DNA from: Mobula hypostoma
Taxonomy: Eukaryota
NCBI RefSeq assembly: GCF_963921235.1
Contig: NC_086109.1
Span: forward strand, 34,846,001-34,910,000
Length of the DNA: 64,000 bases
Reading direction: 5' to 3'
Shown here: piece by piece, positions 47,766-60,825 of the stretch
How positions within the stretch are numbered: the first letter of the stretch is position 1
Layout: every line of letters begins with the position of its first letter
The notes under the pieces: model-generated
What the model saw: only the letters and a program-made list of their open reading frames with translations
Database searches by the model: none
Told to the model about the DNA's origin: nothing
Translations under genes and position numbers: made by a program

Positions 47766-49620
47766 TAGTTTCTAAATGATGATAACCTTCTTATGCACAG
47801 AAGTTGAAAAAAAAACAGTTGCATTTCAAGAAGGTTGGATGTATTGTTGCTCAGTGAAGTAAATTTGCACTGAATAGATTTGAAGGTCAACATTTCATTC
47901 ATAGGCAGTTGTAAAACCAAATAAGTGCAGCAGAACTCCTGACACTGACGCCTTTATTATCTGCAATGGAGACTCAATGCTAACTAGAGTTGGAGTAAGA
48001 GGATTGAGAACCAGTAAAAATTTAGTGGAGTGGATGGTCTTTTTCTGTGTGATGGGAAATATGAAGCTGATGTACAATACCCTTTAACATGCATTGAAGG
48101 GAAATGGTTATTGCTGGTAGGACCGTGGTTTATTGCTCTTGAGAATGTACGACCTTTGCCCTTGGTGGCGCTCCTGGTGAAGATAATGCAGGGAAGTGCA
48201 GGATTTAGACTCAATAGTATTGATGGGAATATAAGCTATTTCCAAGTCAGGAGGCACGTAGAAACAATTGGTGATGCTCCGATGTGTCTGCTGTCTTTGT
48301 TGTTCTTGACAGTGGTGGGAGAGTTGAAGAAACCATGCTCAGTTGCTGCAGTGCATGTTATGGGATGAGGGGGTGGATGTAGTTCTAAGCAAGTCAATCT
48401 CTTTGTCCTGCCTGGTGCCAAGAACCCTGGCAAATTAGATTATGAGGACACGCAGTCCTCTTTTATTGTCATTTAGTAATGCATGCATTAAGAAATGATA
48501 CAATATTCCTCCGATGTGATATCACAGAAACACAGGACAGAACAAGACTGAAAAACTGACGGAAACCACATAATTATAACATATAGTTACAACAGTGCAA
48601 GCAATACCAACTTGATGAAGAACAGGCCATGGGCACAGTAAAAATTTCAAAGTCAAATGGAGAGTAATCTATTACTCCACTGATTTGGAAGTGACGGAAC
48701 AGCTATGGAGAATCAGAAAGGATAATCTACACAAGATTCTTAGCTCCTGATCTGCTTTTAAAGCTGTATATGCAACTAGTGAACCTTACCATTTGGAAGA
48801 GTGGGATGGGTAGGGGCCAGGACGGTGTGATTCTATAATTGAAAATAATTAAAAGGTGGTTGAGGACCCTCATTTGATGGAGTTGGTCATGTCTTAGCAT
48901 TTCTGCTGGCCAAATATTACTTTGCACCTCAATGACCAATTCTGAATGTAGTAAAGATTTAGCTGTTGTTTTCTGAGAAATAAAAACAAAACCAAAGCCA
49001 GTACATGCAGAAATCACCTGGCAGCATCTTTGGAAAAAGAAACAGAGTTTACATCTCAGATCAAAGACATTTCATCAGAAATAGGGAAGGAGGAAGTTAA
49101 AAGGACAAGTGCAACTTCCCCTGTGGATGCATTTTCTGCACTATTTCAGATTTTCAAAATCAGCACCTTGAGTTTCGTTGTCCAGGAAATTGTGCTCTGT
49201 GCTGCTGTCAGTGAAAGTCTTCACATCTTAGTTTTGAGAAGATGGTGTTCAATCCCCATCTTGCATTGCTGCAGTCTGCTTAAACATAGCAGGTGACACG
49301 ACTGTGGATTGCTAAACCAGCTTGGATTGTAGTTAAGAACTCCGATGTGGGCTGGACTGGGTACTGATGATGGATTTTTTTATGATGGTTTAGTGGATTG
49401 TGGGCACCATTACTGCTTACAAATTTAGTTAAGTTCCAGATGACTTTATTAAATTTAATTTAAATTCCCTGGCTACCAAACTGGGACTTGTTCCTGGTTA
49501 TCCATAAAAATGTGAAGCTCATGAACTTGAGAATTGCTGGGCATGTGTAATGCATGTTTTGATATCATGTTCCAAATTTTTATAGGTATGTTTGACTTCA
49601 ACTATTTGCCATTGGATTGA

Positions 49621-49846
49621 GAAACACAAGAGATTCTGCAGATGCTAGAAATCCAGAGTAATACAAACAAAATGATGGAGGAACTCAGCAGCCTAGACAG
49701 CATCTGCAGAGAGGAATAATGAGTCAATGATTTGTGCTGATAGCCTGTCCTGATGAAGAGTCTTGGCCTGAATGTGGATTCTTTATTCCTCTCCATAAAT
49801 GCTGCCTGATCTGCTAAGTTCCTGCAGCACTTTGCGTGTTTTCCTC
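49621..49846. mobile_element. Inverted pair of Penelope-derived terminal repeats with a partly decayed hammerhead core
   Basis: The arms are reverse-complementary around tcctgatgaagagtcttggcctgaatg (~49749-49775). TTGGATTGA flanks both sides (49612-20, 49847-55). Confidence 0.75.
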
Positions 49847-50734
49847 TTGGATTGAAGTCAGGTTTTGTTTGGTATTGATGAAAGGCAGCTTAACCTTCCC
49901 TGGTGTCCTGTTAGCAAAGCTAGGCTGATCTATCCTCTTCCAGATACATCCTCTTTGAATGAGATTCCTTTGTTTTTGCTCCAAGCAGCTCTACACACTT
50001 TAATTGCCTCACACAACTAAACAAAACACTTCATCTGATCAGCTATTGACAAGACTCCCCCTTGAACCATAACCCTTCATATACTACCTCCTCCTGCAAA
50101 ATGGTTTATCAGCTGAAGTCCTTCATATCCAATTGGTGAGAGATGATCTAACAAGTAATTTTTCTTCTTGGTTTAATGCAACCAGGTAAGGGTTAACAAC
50201 ATCCTGTGAACACAAAGTCAGACATAGTCTGGACTAGGTAACAGTATCAAAATTTCTTCCAAAAAAGGCATGAGAGAACTAGATGGACGTTTACAGCAAT
50301 CTGTTGGTTTTGTGATACTGATACTAAAATTTTATTCCAGGTTTTGTTTAATTAACTTAATTTAAATTCCAAGGTAACTATAATGGGATTTGAAATGATG
50401 TTGCTGCAACAAATCTAATCGTTCCAATCCCCTGAACTATGAGTCTGGTACATAAGCACGAGGCAGCCAGACCATCAGGATGGTTGAGAAGAGCTTTGGG
50501 AAATTGGAACTGCACATGTAGTCTATAAAACTCAGGAAAGGGATGTGCGTCCTGTAAGTGCATAGTGTTCTTCATATGGATATTTTGTCAAAAGGCTATT
50601 CTGTGTTCACTGGATCCACATTTTTAAAAGTGAATTGTTGTGCTTACTGCGGTAGGACTCAGCAGGGATAAACACAGGAATGGATTATGAAGAATCAGAC
50701 CCACTGCCTCGAAACATAGGAATTAACCTGTCCA

Positions 50735-51095
50735 GATGCATCATGTTTTGCTAGAGTAAGACCTCAAGAAACTGCAAACACTTGTGGATACAACTTAGCA
50801 CATCACAAAAAGCAGTGGCCCCTTTTTAGACTCTGTCTGTACTTTTTCACTGCCTCAGTAAAATAGCCAACATAATCAAGGACCCCTCCTAACCTAAACA
50901 TTCTATCTTCACTCCCCTCCCATCAGTGAAAAGATACAAAAGTCTGAAAGAACTTACTAACAGATTCAAGCTCTGTTTCTATCCCTCTGCTCCAAGACGA
51001 TTGAATGGACATCTTACACGAAGAGGCAGACCCTCGATCACATACTCTAACTCATCATGGTTTTGCACCCTAATGTCTGCACTTTCCCTGAAATT
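50735..51095 (+). mobile_element. Rex1/Babar-like LINE 3' fragment
   Basis: IIKDPS..LPSVKRYKSLKELTNRFKLCFYPSA motif. Confidence 0.6.
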
Positions 51096-52002
51096 GGAAT
51101 ATTCTCAACATCAAAGATCTAGAACTATTGCAGTGGAAATGAAGTAAATAAACAAAATATGCACCATTCATTTATTTCGGAATATTCAGACTGAACAATT
51201 TTTTATATGTAAAGGGAATTAATCTAATTATACAAACAATAATTGTGGAGCACTCAGCCGGTCAAACAGCTTGGGGAATATTAAGCGGCGTTAATGTTTC
51301 AGGTCCAAGACTCTGTCAGAACTTAACCACCTATGCCAAAAGGCCTACAGTTCTTACACTGGACACCTCAGATTTGTCTATCAGGTCTGGCCTAGTATTG
51401 AATCTATGGAGTGATTCTCTGCTTAAAACTTTCAGCAAAACTGGTATCTGATTACGGATTCTCCTTCAAAGGTCTACAATAGATTTATCTAGTAGGTTTA
51501 ACATCTCAGATCTGGTGGTAATTCTCAGTCTTTTGGTTTTATTCTGTGTGCTTTCAAGTGTAGACCACCAGATTAATATAGGAAGATGCAAACTATTCTA
51601 AATACCATATTTCAGGATTTCTACTGAAAATAAGGCAGGTAAATGGGAAAAGTTAAAATTCGTATCTTAATTTGTCCTTTGGCAGGATGGGAAATACAGC
51701 GTGCATTTCTTTCACTGAACTCAGATGTTAAGATCACAAGGTGTAATTGGTGTAATTAATCACAGCCTTGTGAATTTGCAGGACACTTGCTCTTTGGAGG
51801 TCAATCAGAGAATATTTTGTATTTTTGAAGCTTTGCAGCTGGTTTTAAATAACTGGCTCCTCCAAGGTCAGGAAAACCAGTGAGAAATGCCTCGCTTTCT
51901 TTGTTGATTTTGTCCCTGTAGCAAAGTGGAATATCTGATATGTGATGGAATCAAAATGGAATCCATGAATTGGGCACAAAATGGAAAGACGGACTGGTTT
52001 GC

Positions 52003-52525
52003 TCTAGGAAGAGGTACAGTTGACGTTTCAGGCCAAGGCCCTTCGTCAGGACTAACTGAAGGAAGAGCTAGTAAGAGATTTGAAAGTGGGAGGAGGAGGG
52101 GGAGATCCAAAATGATAGGAGAAGACAGGAGGGGGAGGGATGGACCCAAGAGCTGGACAGGTGATTTGCAAAAGGGATATGAGAGGATCATGGGACAGGT
52201 GGCCCAGGGAGAAGGAAAAGGGGGGGGGGGAAACCCAGAGGATGGGCAAGGGGTATAGTCAGAGGGACAAAGGGAGAAAAAGGAGAGAGAGAAAGAATGT
52301 GTGTATATAAATAAATAACGGATGGGGTACGAGGGGGAGGTGGGTCATTAGCGGAAGTTAGAGAAATCAGCGTTCATGCCATCAGGTTGGAGGCTGCCCA
52401 GACGGAATATAAGGTGTTGTTCCTCCAACCTGAGTGTGGCTTCATCTTTACAGTAGAGGAGGCCGTGGATAGACATATCAGAATGGGAATGGGATGTGGA
52501 ATTAAAATGTGTGGCCACTGGGAGA
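52003..52525 (-). mobile_element. Penelope-like element 3' fragment: GIY-YIG endonuclease C-terminus, 3' UTR and hammerhead motif
   Basis: LPVATHFNSTSHSHSDMSIHGLLYCKDEATLRLEEQHLIFRLGSLQPDGMN (52348-52525), then a pyrimidine-rich UTR, then AGTC-CTGACGA-AGGGCCTTGGCCT-GAAACGTC-AACTG (minus, ~52017-52053). Confidence 0.88.
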
Positions 52526-54819
52526 CACCTACGCTCTGTCCGCCAGAGAAAGCAAGATCTCCCATTGGCCACACAAGGTCGTTTTTATTTCAATCTTGTT
52601 CGCCAGCTTATTGCTTTGCTTTAGATGATGATACCAAGACTGTTCCGTCCATAGGTTTAAGAGTTTAGTGCACACTGAGAAGAATAAGGGGGAAGACAAT
52701 AGTAGATTGAGCTTCATTGATATGCAGATGGATCAAGTGAGATGAAATAATATGATTGCAAAGTATTTTGATGGGATTACACTTGATGTGCTCTTTATAA
52801 TCTGAGTCTCCATGCTCAAGGAAAAATATTAAGTTGTGTTACTATGATTTCTCAGACAGTTGTTTTGAAGCTATCAGGTCAGATCTTCTAGTAAGAGTTT
52901 AAACTGTTTCAAGTTCCATAAAATGTGAGAGGATTTCATTTAAACATAACATTTATGAAGGACTTGGTGGAGTAAATGTTGAGAGATTTTCCTAGCAGGA
53001 GAAAACAGACAGCACAATCTCAGGACGAGGAGAAATGCCTTTACACAGAAAATCAACAATTGTTTTTCAAAAAAAAACGATGATAAAAATGAATAGATTT
53101 TAGGGTAATTAAATGATGGAGATCAAGTAGGAAGGTGGAATTGGGGTCAGAGAACAATTTTATTAAATGGTGGAGCAAGATTGAGAAGTCTTCCAATCTA
53201 ACTGCTCTGATTTTTGAGGATCACATGTATAAAAGGTCAAAGATCAACCATGATATCATTGATTGACAAAACAATCTCAAGGCTTGCGTGACTTGCACTT
53301 GTTCATGTTCCTCTTGCCCAATGGATCATTTTATTTCAGGTTGAAAGACTGTGTTCAATCAGACAGAAGCTCAGATGTTCTGTTACTAATGATACATATA
53401 ACTGAAAGCTATTATAATTTGTGACACTTGCGTTCCCTAGTATTTACTATTGATTTGCTTCTATGCATGTGAATGTTAATGCATTTCCTTTAGTTAATTT
53501 GCATCGATAAGGTGAAATGTCGTTCAAGTGATCGAGTCTCAGTGTTTTGCAAGGATGATGTACGGTATATAATATTGATCACGGTAAACTTGAGAAATGC
53601 AATAAACAAAAGGATTTTGAAACTTGGAGCATTTTAAAAACATTTATGCCTTGTCTTCCATACAACAAAATTGAATTCAAAGAAATAAATTACAGCAAGA
53701 ATAGCGGCAAACATTAGGCTTGACTCTATGATTAGATTCCCCTCATTATTATTTATGCATAGATGAAATTCTGGAAGTTACTTCCCACCCAAGGTAGCTT
53801 TCTTATTGCTGTTGTAAAGTTGCCATCTAGCTCTTTGGCCCATAGTTCAAATGGATTGAAGTGCCCGCATTTAAACAAAAATTACTGACTAAAACTAAAA
53901 TTCACAAAAATTGAAGTACCATTTTTAATGAAGCCTTAAGTGTTGATTGCTACTAAACACTATTTAGGACTGACAATTACCCTATAATAATGTATTTTTT
54001 CAGTTTTTTTTTCCTGACCTTAATTTCTTTTTATTTAAATTTTTATACCCAGTTTAATACCATATTCTAATTGACAGCGAACAGAACTGCATGTTAATAG
54101 TTCTTAAATCTGATTGATAGGGAAGTATAGATTTTCTTGTTTTGTTCACTTTTCTACTGTAGACTATTTCTACAGTAGACTATTTCTACAGTTTAAAACT
54201 CATAGAAAACTCCTGAAAATTAAGCCTACTATGAAAATTAAGCCTAAATGTTGACCTTTTGATTTATTTTCTGCTATAAACAGTAAATAAAATGGAGGCA
54301 CAATGTTATTATTATTTGAACATGTTCCTGCAAAATGAAGTTGCCATTTGAGAAAATGTTCAACATAAGCAAGATTCTATAAAATCTCATTTTCATGCTA
54401 TTTTATCAAATACTGTAACATATACATGGTGCATCATACTAAACAACAATGTTCCTTCGTCCATCTGCTTTTGTTGGATTGCCACAAATGCTGTAAAATG
54501 GTCATTGTTGACGATGGTGATTTATTGATCAGCTGAGTACTTGTTACATCAAATCAAGTTCAACTATATGGCTTCAGATGTGTTTGCCATTCATGAACAG
54601 TTTCAAAGTTTACGAACTGTATGCTTCCTTTTGTGGTCTTTTCATGGACTCCAGATGAGAATTAACTGCTAGAACTTTGTAGAGACAAATCCATAAATAA
54701 ACTAAATTGTCTAATCTCTCCATTAAACTCAAGATTGAAGATCAACAGAAGTATATGTTACAGGCGACCATTATTTCTGGACTCACGTTGAGTTAACAGA
54801 ATAAATTATACAACAAATA

Positions 54820-55500
54820 CAGTGGATTCCAGTTAATTGGGACATATCAAGACTTTTGGGCCACTATTTGGCCCAAATAAACAGCTGATCCAATCAACTG
54901 AAGTTACATGGGACTTCTCTTTCTTTCCAGTCCTGATGAAGGGTCTTGGTCCAAAACGTTGACTGTTTACTCTTTTCCATAGATGCTGCCTGGCCTGCTG
55001 AATTCCTCCAGCATTGCGTGTATGTAATTTGGATTTCGAGCATCTGTAAATTTTGTCCTGTTTGCGAAGTTTCATGAAAATACTTATAAAGGTATAAAAA
55101 AAGCCAAATATTGTTTAATTGAGTAACAAATTATGTACTTAAATGAAATACACAACAAATTAGAAATGCAATCAATACTACTAAAGTCCTTTAAAACTGG
55201 GTATTAGTTCTTAATAGTTATTGAGGGAGGAATTAATCCAGTGTTTGCTGCTGCATACATTTGTTTTGGCTGTAAATGAACAAAATTAGTGCAGACATCT
55301 ATTGTAGCTAATGGACTGCTTTCATGGAATGCATCAACAATTGCATCCTCCAATTCTTCATTTTCACTGTAACATTCAAGATGATTGCCCATGCCTTCGA
55401 ATTCTTCATAGTTTCTAACTTGTCGATACAACAATGTGATTTCATCACCAACTATATACATGGGCTGGTTGACGATGTATTAAGAAACACTGAAATATAA
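54820..55500. mobile_element. Tigger/pogo-like DNA transposon remnant
   Basis: TA|CAGTGGATTCCAGTTAATTGGG terminus and a minus-strand acidic tail (NYEEFEG..SENEELEDAIV). No second TIR found. Confidence 0.5.
54911..55065 (+). mobile_element. Penelope-derived terminal repeat with a mutated hammerhead, inserted in the Tigger-like remnant
   Basis: CAGTC-CTGATGA-AGGGTCTTGGTCC-AAAACGTT-GACTG. TSD GAAGTTACATG (54900-54910) / GAAGTTTCATG (55066-55076). Confidence 0.8.
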
Positions 55501-56196
55501 CAAATGGATAACTGAGATATTAGTAAGTATACATGTTTAAAAATACCGTAAGTATTGGGCTGACTAAGAAAGCGCTGCAACTGATGATTTTTGTTAAACC
55601 TTTAATATCAAGGTCAGGTGCATTTCGTACAAATGAATTTTCTTATCTGGAACAAGTGTAACTAAATTGAGATCGCTAAATTTTTTTAATGTCTTGCTGT
55701 CAGATCAGACTAGATGGGCCGAAGGGCCTGTTTCTGTACTGTGCTTTTCTAGGACTCCATGTTGCAGTTGTTTGTTTCTGAACTTGGGCATCCACCAAAT
55801 TATCTCATCCTCCATCTCCAGTGTGTGCACTCAAGATTTTCTGCTTCTCATATCACATGTACATCGACAACCACAATGTGGGTGCATGAAAATCAAGAGT
55901 GGGCAATAATCAGTTAACCACAAAATTATAAACAGTAATTGTCAATGTCAATAAACATCAATGTCAACTCTTTTTAACAACAATGAATTCCAATCTTACT
56001 GATATCTTGTTCCTTTAGTTTGAAGTGCAGTACAATATCTTGTACCACTCAGATATGTTAATTAAATGAAATGTTAAAAAGACACACTTTAATTAGTTGC
56101 AATCCAATAAGGTAAATTTAGTGATACCAGAAAGAAATCATTAGGTACTGGGCCATCAGTAGAGTTAATTAGCATGAGATCTAAGTAAACTAATAA

Positions 56197-56495
56197 TAAA
56201 CAGAAGTTTATACAGATGCTGGAAATACAAAGCAACACAGACAAAATGCTGGAGGAACTCAGCAGGCCAGGTAGCATCCGTGGAGATGAATAAACAGTCG
56301 ATGTTTCAGGCCGAGACCCTTCTTCAGGAATGGAATGGAAGTGAGAAGATGTCAGAATAAGAAAGTTTGTTCCTCTCCAGCCCTTTACCTTTTTCCACCT
56401 ATTACCTCCCAGCGTCTTACTTCATACCCTTCCCCCACCCACCTGACCATCTTTCACCTTTTAGCCTGTGCTCCTTCCTCTTCCCCCACCTTCTT
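56197..56495. mobile_element. Penelope-derived fragment: minus-strand terminal repeat with hammerhead motif plus inverted 3' UTR piece
   Basis: Minus strand TCCTGAAGAAGGGTCTCGGCCTGAAACATCGACTG (~56295-56329), followed on the + strand by a pyrimidine-rich UTR-like tract. Confidence 0.65.
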
Positions 56496-56599
56496 ACACA
56501 CACAATATTTTAGGAACAGCTTCTTCACTGACGTCATCAGATTTCTGTATGGCCAATGATCCCATGTGCACTACCACACTTCTGGTTTTGCTCTCTTTT

Positions 56600-57350
56600 T
56601 AGTCATAGTCATACTTTATTAATCCCGGGGGAAATTGGTTTTTGTTACAGTTGCTCCATAAATAATAAATAGTAATAGAACCATAAATAGTTAAATAGTA
56701 ATATGTAAGTTATGCCAGTAAATTATGAAATAAGTCCAGGACCAGCCTATTGGCTCAGGATGTCTGACCCTCCAAGGGAGGAGTTGTAAAGTTTGACGGC
56801 CACAGGCAGGAATGACTTTCTATGACGCTCAGTGCTGCATCTCGGTGGAATGAGTCTCTGGCTGAATGTACTCCTGTGCCCACCCAGTACATTATGTAGT
56901 GGATGGGAGACATTGACCAAGATGGCATGCAACTTAGACAGCATCCTCTTTTCAGACACCACCGTCAGAGAGTCCAGTTCCATCCCCACAACATCACTGG
57001 CCTTACGAATGAGTTTGTTGATTCTGTTGGTGTCTGCCACCCTCAGCCTGCTGCCCCAGTACACAACAGCAAACATGATAGCACTGGCCACCACAGACTC
57101 GTAGAACATCCTCAGCATCATCCGGTAGATGTTAACGGACCTCATTCTCCTCAGGAAATAGAGACGGCTCTGACCCTTCCTGTAGACAGCCTCAGTGTTC
57201 TTTGACCAGTCCAGTTTATTGTCAATTCGTATCCCCAGGTATTTGTAATCCTCCACCATGTCCATACTGACCCCCTGAATGGAAGCAGGGGTCACCGGTA
57301 CCTTAGCTCTCCTCAGGTCTACCACCAGCTCCTTAGTCTTTTTCACATTA
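56600..57350 (-). mobile_element. Young Rex1/Babar-like LINE 3' fragment (199-aa open RT C-terminus)
   Basis: KKTKELVVDLRR..YKYLGIRIDNKLDWSKNT..SRLYFLRRMRS..RKSFLPVAVKLYN with a (TATGAC)n tail. Nested in an older + strand LINE 3' end (56500-57480). Confidence 0.9.
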
Positions 57351-60347
57351 TTGCATTACTTATTTAATTTAATTATATATATATACTTATTGCAATTTAT
57401 AGTTTTTTTATAATGTATTGCAAAGTACTGCAGCTGCAGAACAGCACATTTCATGGCATGTGCCAATGATATTAAGCCTTTGAATTGAACACAGGCACTC
57501 CTCAAAACAATCACTCAATCTGCACTTGGTTTTGCCAGTGCCGAAGAGACCACATTATTGGTGTCTAGTGCAGTACACCAGACTGGAGAAACTGCATCAC
57601 TGCTTCAGCTGGACGGACTCTTTGGGTTTATGGAGGGCAGGAAATAAAGGTGAAAGGAATCCATATCTTGTAGCACTTTCCCATGTAACTATGGGAGTTG
57701 TAACACCCCTCCTTTCTCTAGTTTCTAGTTCTACCAGTGGGGGATGAACATTTAAGCATTTTTTTATATTCAAAGAGAATGAGCTAACATACTGTTTAGC
57801 TAAATTGGAAAATATGATTAGAGTTTTGCTTATTTACTGAATCAACAATCAACCCTTTGTAATTAAGTACTTTCCATCCTTCTGACCTTCGTGCTGTTCC
57901 CATGTATCAGATGATGGACTGAAAGTTGCAAATCAATTTTCATATAAACAAAGATATGTAGAAGTCAAGGATGTATTTCATGGCAATATCATTTATGTCA
58001 GGAAATTTGAAGGTGGTTTACTCCCTTAACTCCCTACCTTAACTCATAGAATGACTAGTCAAGAAAAAGCGATGAAAAATGCATTGGTATCATTGCAAGT
58101 TTTAGGTGGGGTGCAAGGTAAACAATAGTAGATCAACGACTGGGCCAGGCTGCACCACATGTAGCCTCCGAACTCTGCTGTTGAATTGCCACTCTGCTGT
58201 GCCATTTATAAAAATGAGAATCCTACACCATAGCCTCTCTGCTACTGTTTTTGGAGAGAATTACTTTGCTTTTGACTTGTAGCTAAATACTTAATTAATG
58301 ACTTGTAATACTGAATTGCAGAGATGTAAGATTCTGAAAATGAAGTATTGGAAATTCACAGATAATAACAATAAATCATTTCAATATCAATGATCCAAAT
58401 TTCAAACACTACCAAAGCATTTTGGCTGAAATGATTTCTGTAGGATATGATGGCAATGTCTATTAGTTTTATTGCATGTAAATAATATTTGAAGACAGTG
58501 GCCAATGTTAGTGCATTGATTTCCAGGCAATTTATTTACTATCACATCCTAATTGTTCTAGGAACAAGGGTTAGAAATGTTCCACTACAACAAAAACTTC
58601 ACTGTTGATAATCTGGTAAAAAAATATCCTGTGAGTGGATTTTAAATTTGGGGTTTCTACATATGTGACTTCCTCAACAGACTGGTAATCAGAGAGGAAA
58701 AGTAATGTTCTTATCCTTTGATTAACAGCACAAACTACATAGCAGTATTGCGGTGGCTGACAAAGCACTTGGTTAAAGAGGCAGGCTATAAGTAGCTTGA
58801 TAGAAATGGAACTGAAAACACTGAAGAAAAAGATTAAAGGAAGGAGTTCTGGAGATTGGTGACTTAGCAACTGAATGCACAATCTTCAGTGGTGGAGTGA
58901 TTAAATTTAATGATGCCCAAGAGTTTAGAATTAAAGGAGAACAAATATCATCAAAAGCTATAATGCTAATGGTGAAATTGCAGAAATAAGGAGCAGAATA
59001 ATGTAGTGTATAATGAATTAGAAACAGGCAAACATTTTAACCAGGTGGATGTGTGAATAAGGCAGTGTGAATCAGGAAGAATTTTATTAGCTTTCAGGTT
59101 GGTTCAGAAGCCCATTAAATTTGTATGGTTTGCAGCATTAACATTGGGAAGGAATCTAATAAACCTGAATATAGGAATAGCATAGAAAACATCTATTCTT
59201 GAGGAACTCTCACATTTGGCTTTCTCACCTAATTGCCAGATGCTCCAGCCAGAATTTTATCATTGAATTAATTTTAACAAGGTGTGGAAAAACTGACTGA
59301 AACTACCTAAGAGCTAGATATCAATAAAATCAAGGGAACTTAAATTGGAAAGTACAGAACAAGTACACATTGCACTCTCTGAAATAGCTGGTATGATTAA
59401 TCATCTTCTACTGAGACAATTGATTGGGGTCAAAGGTGATCTATCTTCCACTCCAATTTTGTGCATTCTGAGGTAGCTAACTAAACCATTGTGAGAACTG
59501 CAGGCACCTCCATAGACAAAATAAGACATGGTTGGTGGGGTGGGTATGTATTTGTGAGGTAAAGTGTTCCTTCTACTTACACAAGGGATCCATCTGATCT
59601 CTTAAATGGACTTGAGATTCATAACACCATTCCAAACACTTTTTCTCCACTTTGAATATGCATGGATTGGGGATTCACTGACAACAGTAGGAATATAGAA
59701 TTTCTGCAGGGGGGCTTTCAGCACATCCTTGATTCTTTTCCGCTATCCGCCTGTTAATCTCCTCCACTGATAGACTTTGGAATAGTTAGGTGTCTTGGAT
59801 TGGGCATGTGAATGACGTGGCAAGCCTTTTTCTACAACTGAGTCTTTTTAATGCCTCAGTGCCAAAGAAACTGACAATAGTTGGCATAAACCTCCAGTAA
59901 ATTTGGCTTGTTTTGCTAAGACAGCATTGATGGTATCTTTCCAGTAACTTTTAAGTTTCTACAGTATTTGTCCAGGTCTCAGAAGCACAGAGAGGACAGG
60001 GATCACTGCTGCCCTTAGATCACCAGCTTTCTGCTAGATCCAAGTCCTTGATCTTCAAATGCTCTTTTCAAAGACTTTTATTGTCAGAGGGTGTTGTGGT
60101 ACCAAAAATGCAGGTTGGTAGTGGACCTTTGTCTTGCAAGTATTGAGTGCAAGGCTCATCCTCTTGCATGCTTCAGTGAGTGAGTCAATGATGGCAAGTG
60201 CAAGTGCAGACTACATGATGTAACCTTGGTTTTGCAGTGTTGAACAGTTTCACACTAGTTCTGAAAGTTAGCTCCACTCCCATGGAGAATTTGTGGAAGG
60301 TGAAGTTGAGGAAAGTAGTTGGGGGGAGGACAATGCAGTCTTATTTA

Positions 60348-60485
60348 GTCCTAGTCCTGACGAAGGGTCTTGGCCTGAAACGTCGACTGCACCTCTTCCT
60401 AGAGATGCTGCCTGGCCTGCTGCGTTCACCAGCAACTTTTATGTGTGTTGCTTGAACTTCCAGCATCTGCAGAATTCCTGTTGTT
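60348..60485 (+). mobile_element. 138-bp Penelope-derived insertion with 14-bp TSD
   Basis: TGCAGTCTTATTTA at 60334-60347 and at 60486-60499 flanks the unit. Confidence 0.88.
60353..60388 (+). ncRNA. Minimal type-I hammerhead ribozyme motif (Penelope-associated)
   Basis: Stem I AGUC/GACU, core CUGACGA, stem II GGGU-CUUG-GCCU after an extra A, then GAAA, a palindromic ACGU in place of stem III, and a GUC cleavage triplet (predicted cut after 60384). Confidence 0.7.
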
Positions 60486-60825
60486 TGCAGTCTTATTTAA
60501 TGTTGGTTAATGAAATTGGTTTTGTTCTAGACCCCTCTATTAGTTCCATGCCTTGTAAACACAGATTGGAGATAGATTTCTGCAGGCAGCAGAGGCTGAG
60601 GAAAGGATTCCAAGTACATCTCAATTGATACTCTGTGGTCTTTGAGGTTGAAGAAGACAATGTACAGTGCTGGGCCCTGTATATTTCTTTGAATGACTGT
60701 GTGGTGAAACTCATGTTTGGGCCACAGGTGCAATGAGGAACACATCTCATTACGTAGCAGAAAACTGAAGGTTAGACTCCGACCAGACTCGATGCCTTGC
60801 TTGTGCAAGTGCCTTTCAGTGGCAC

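Noticed and set aside
54150..54246. Short tandem duplications (TAGACTATTTCTACAG x2; AAAATTAAGCCTA x2)
   Set aside because: Two-copy micro-duplications in AT-rich DNA, with no spacer-repeat array or other sign of function.
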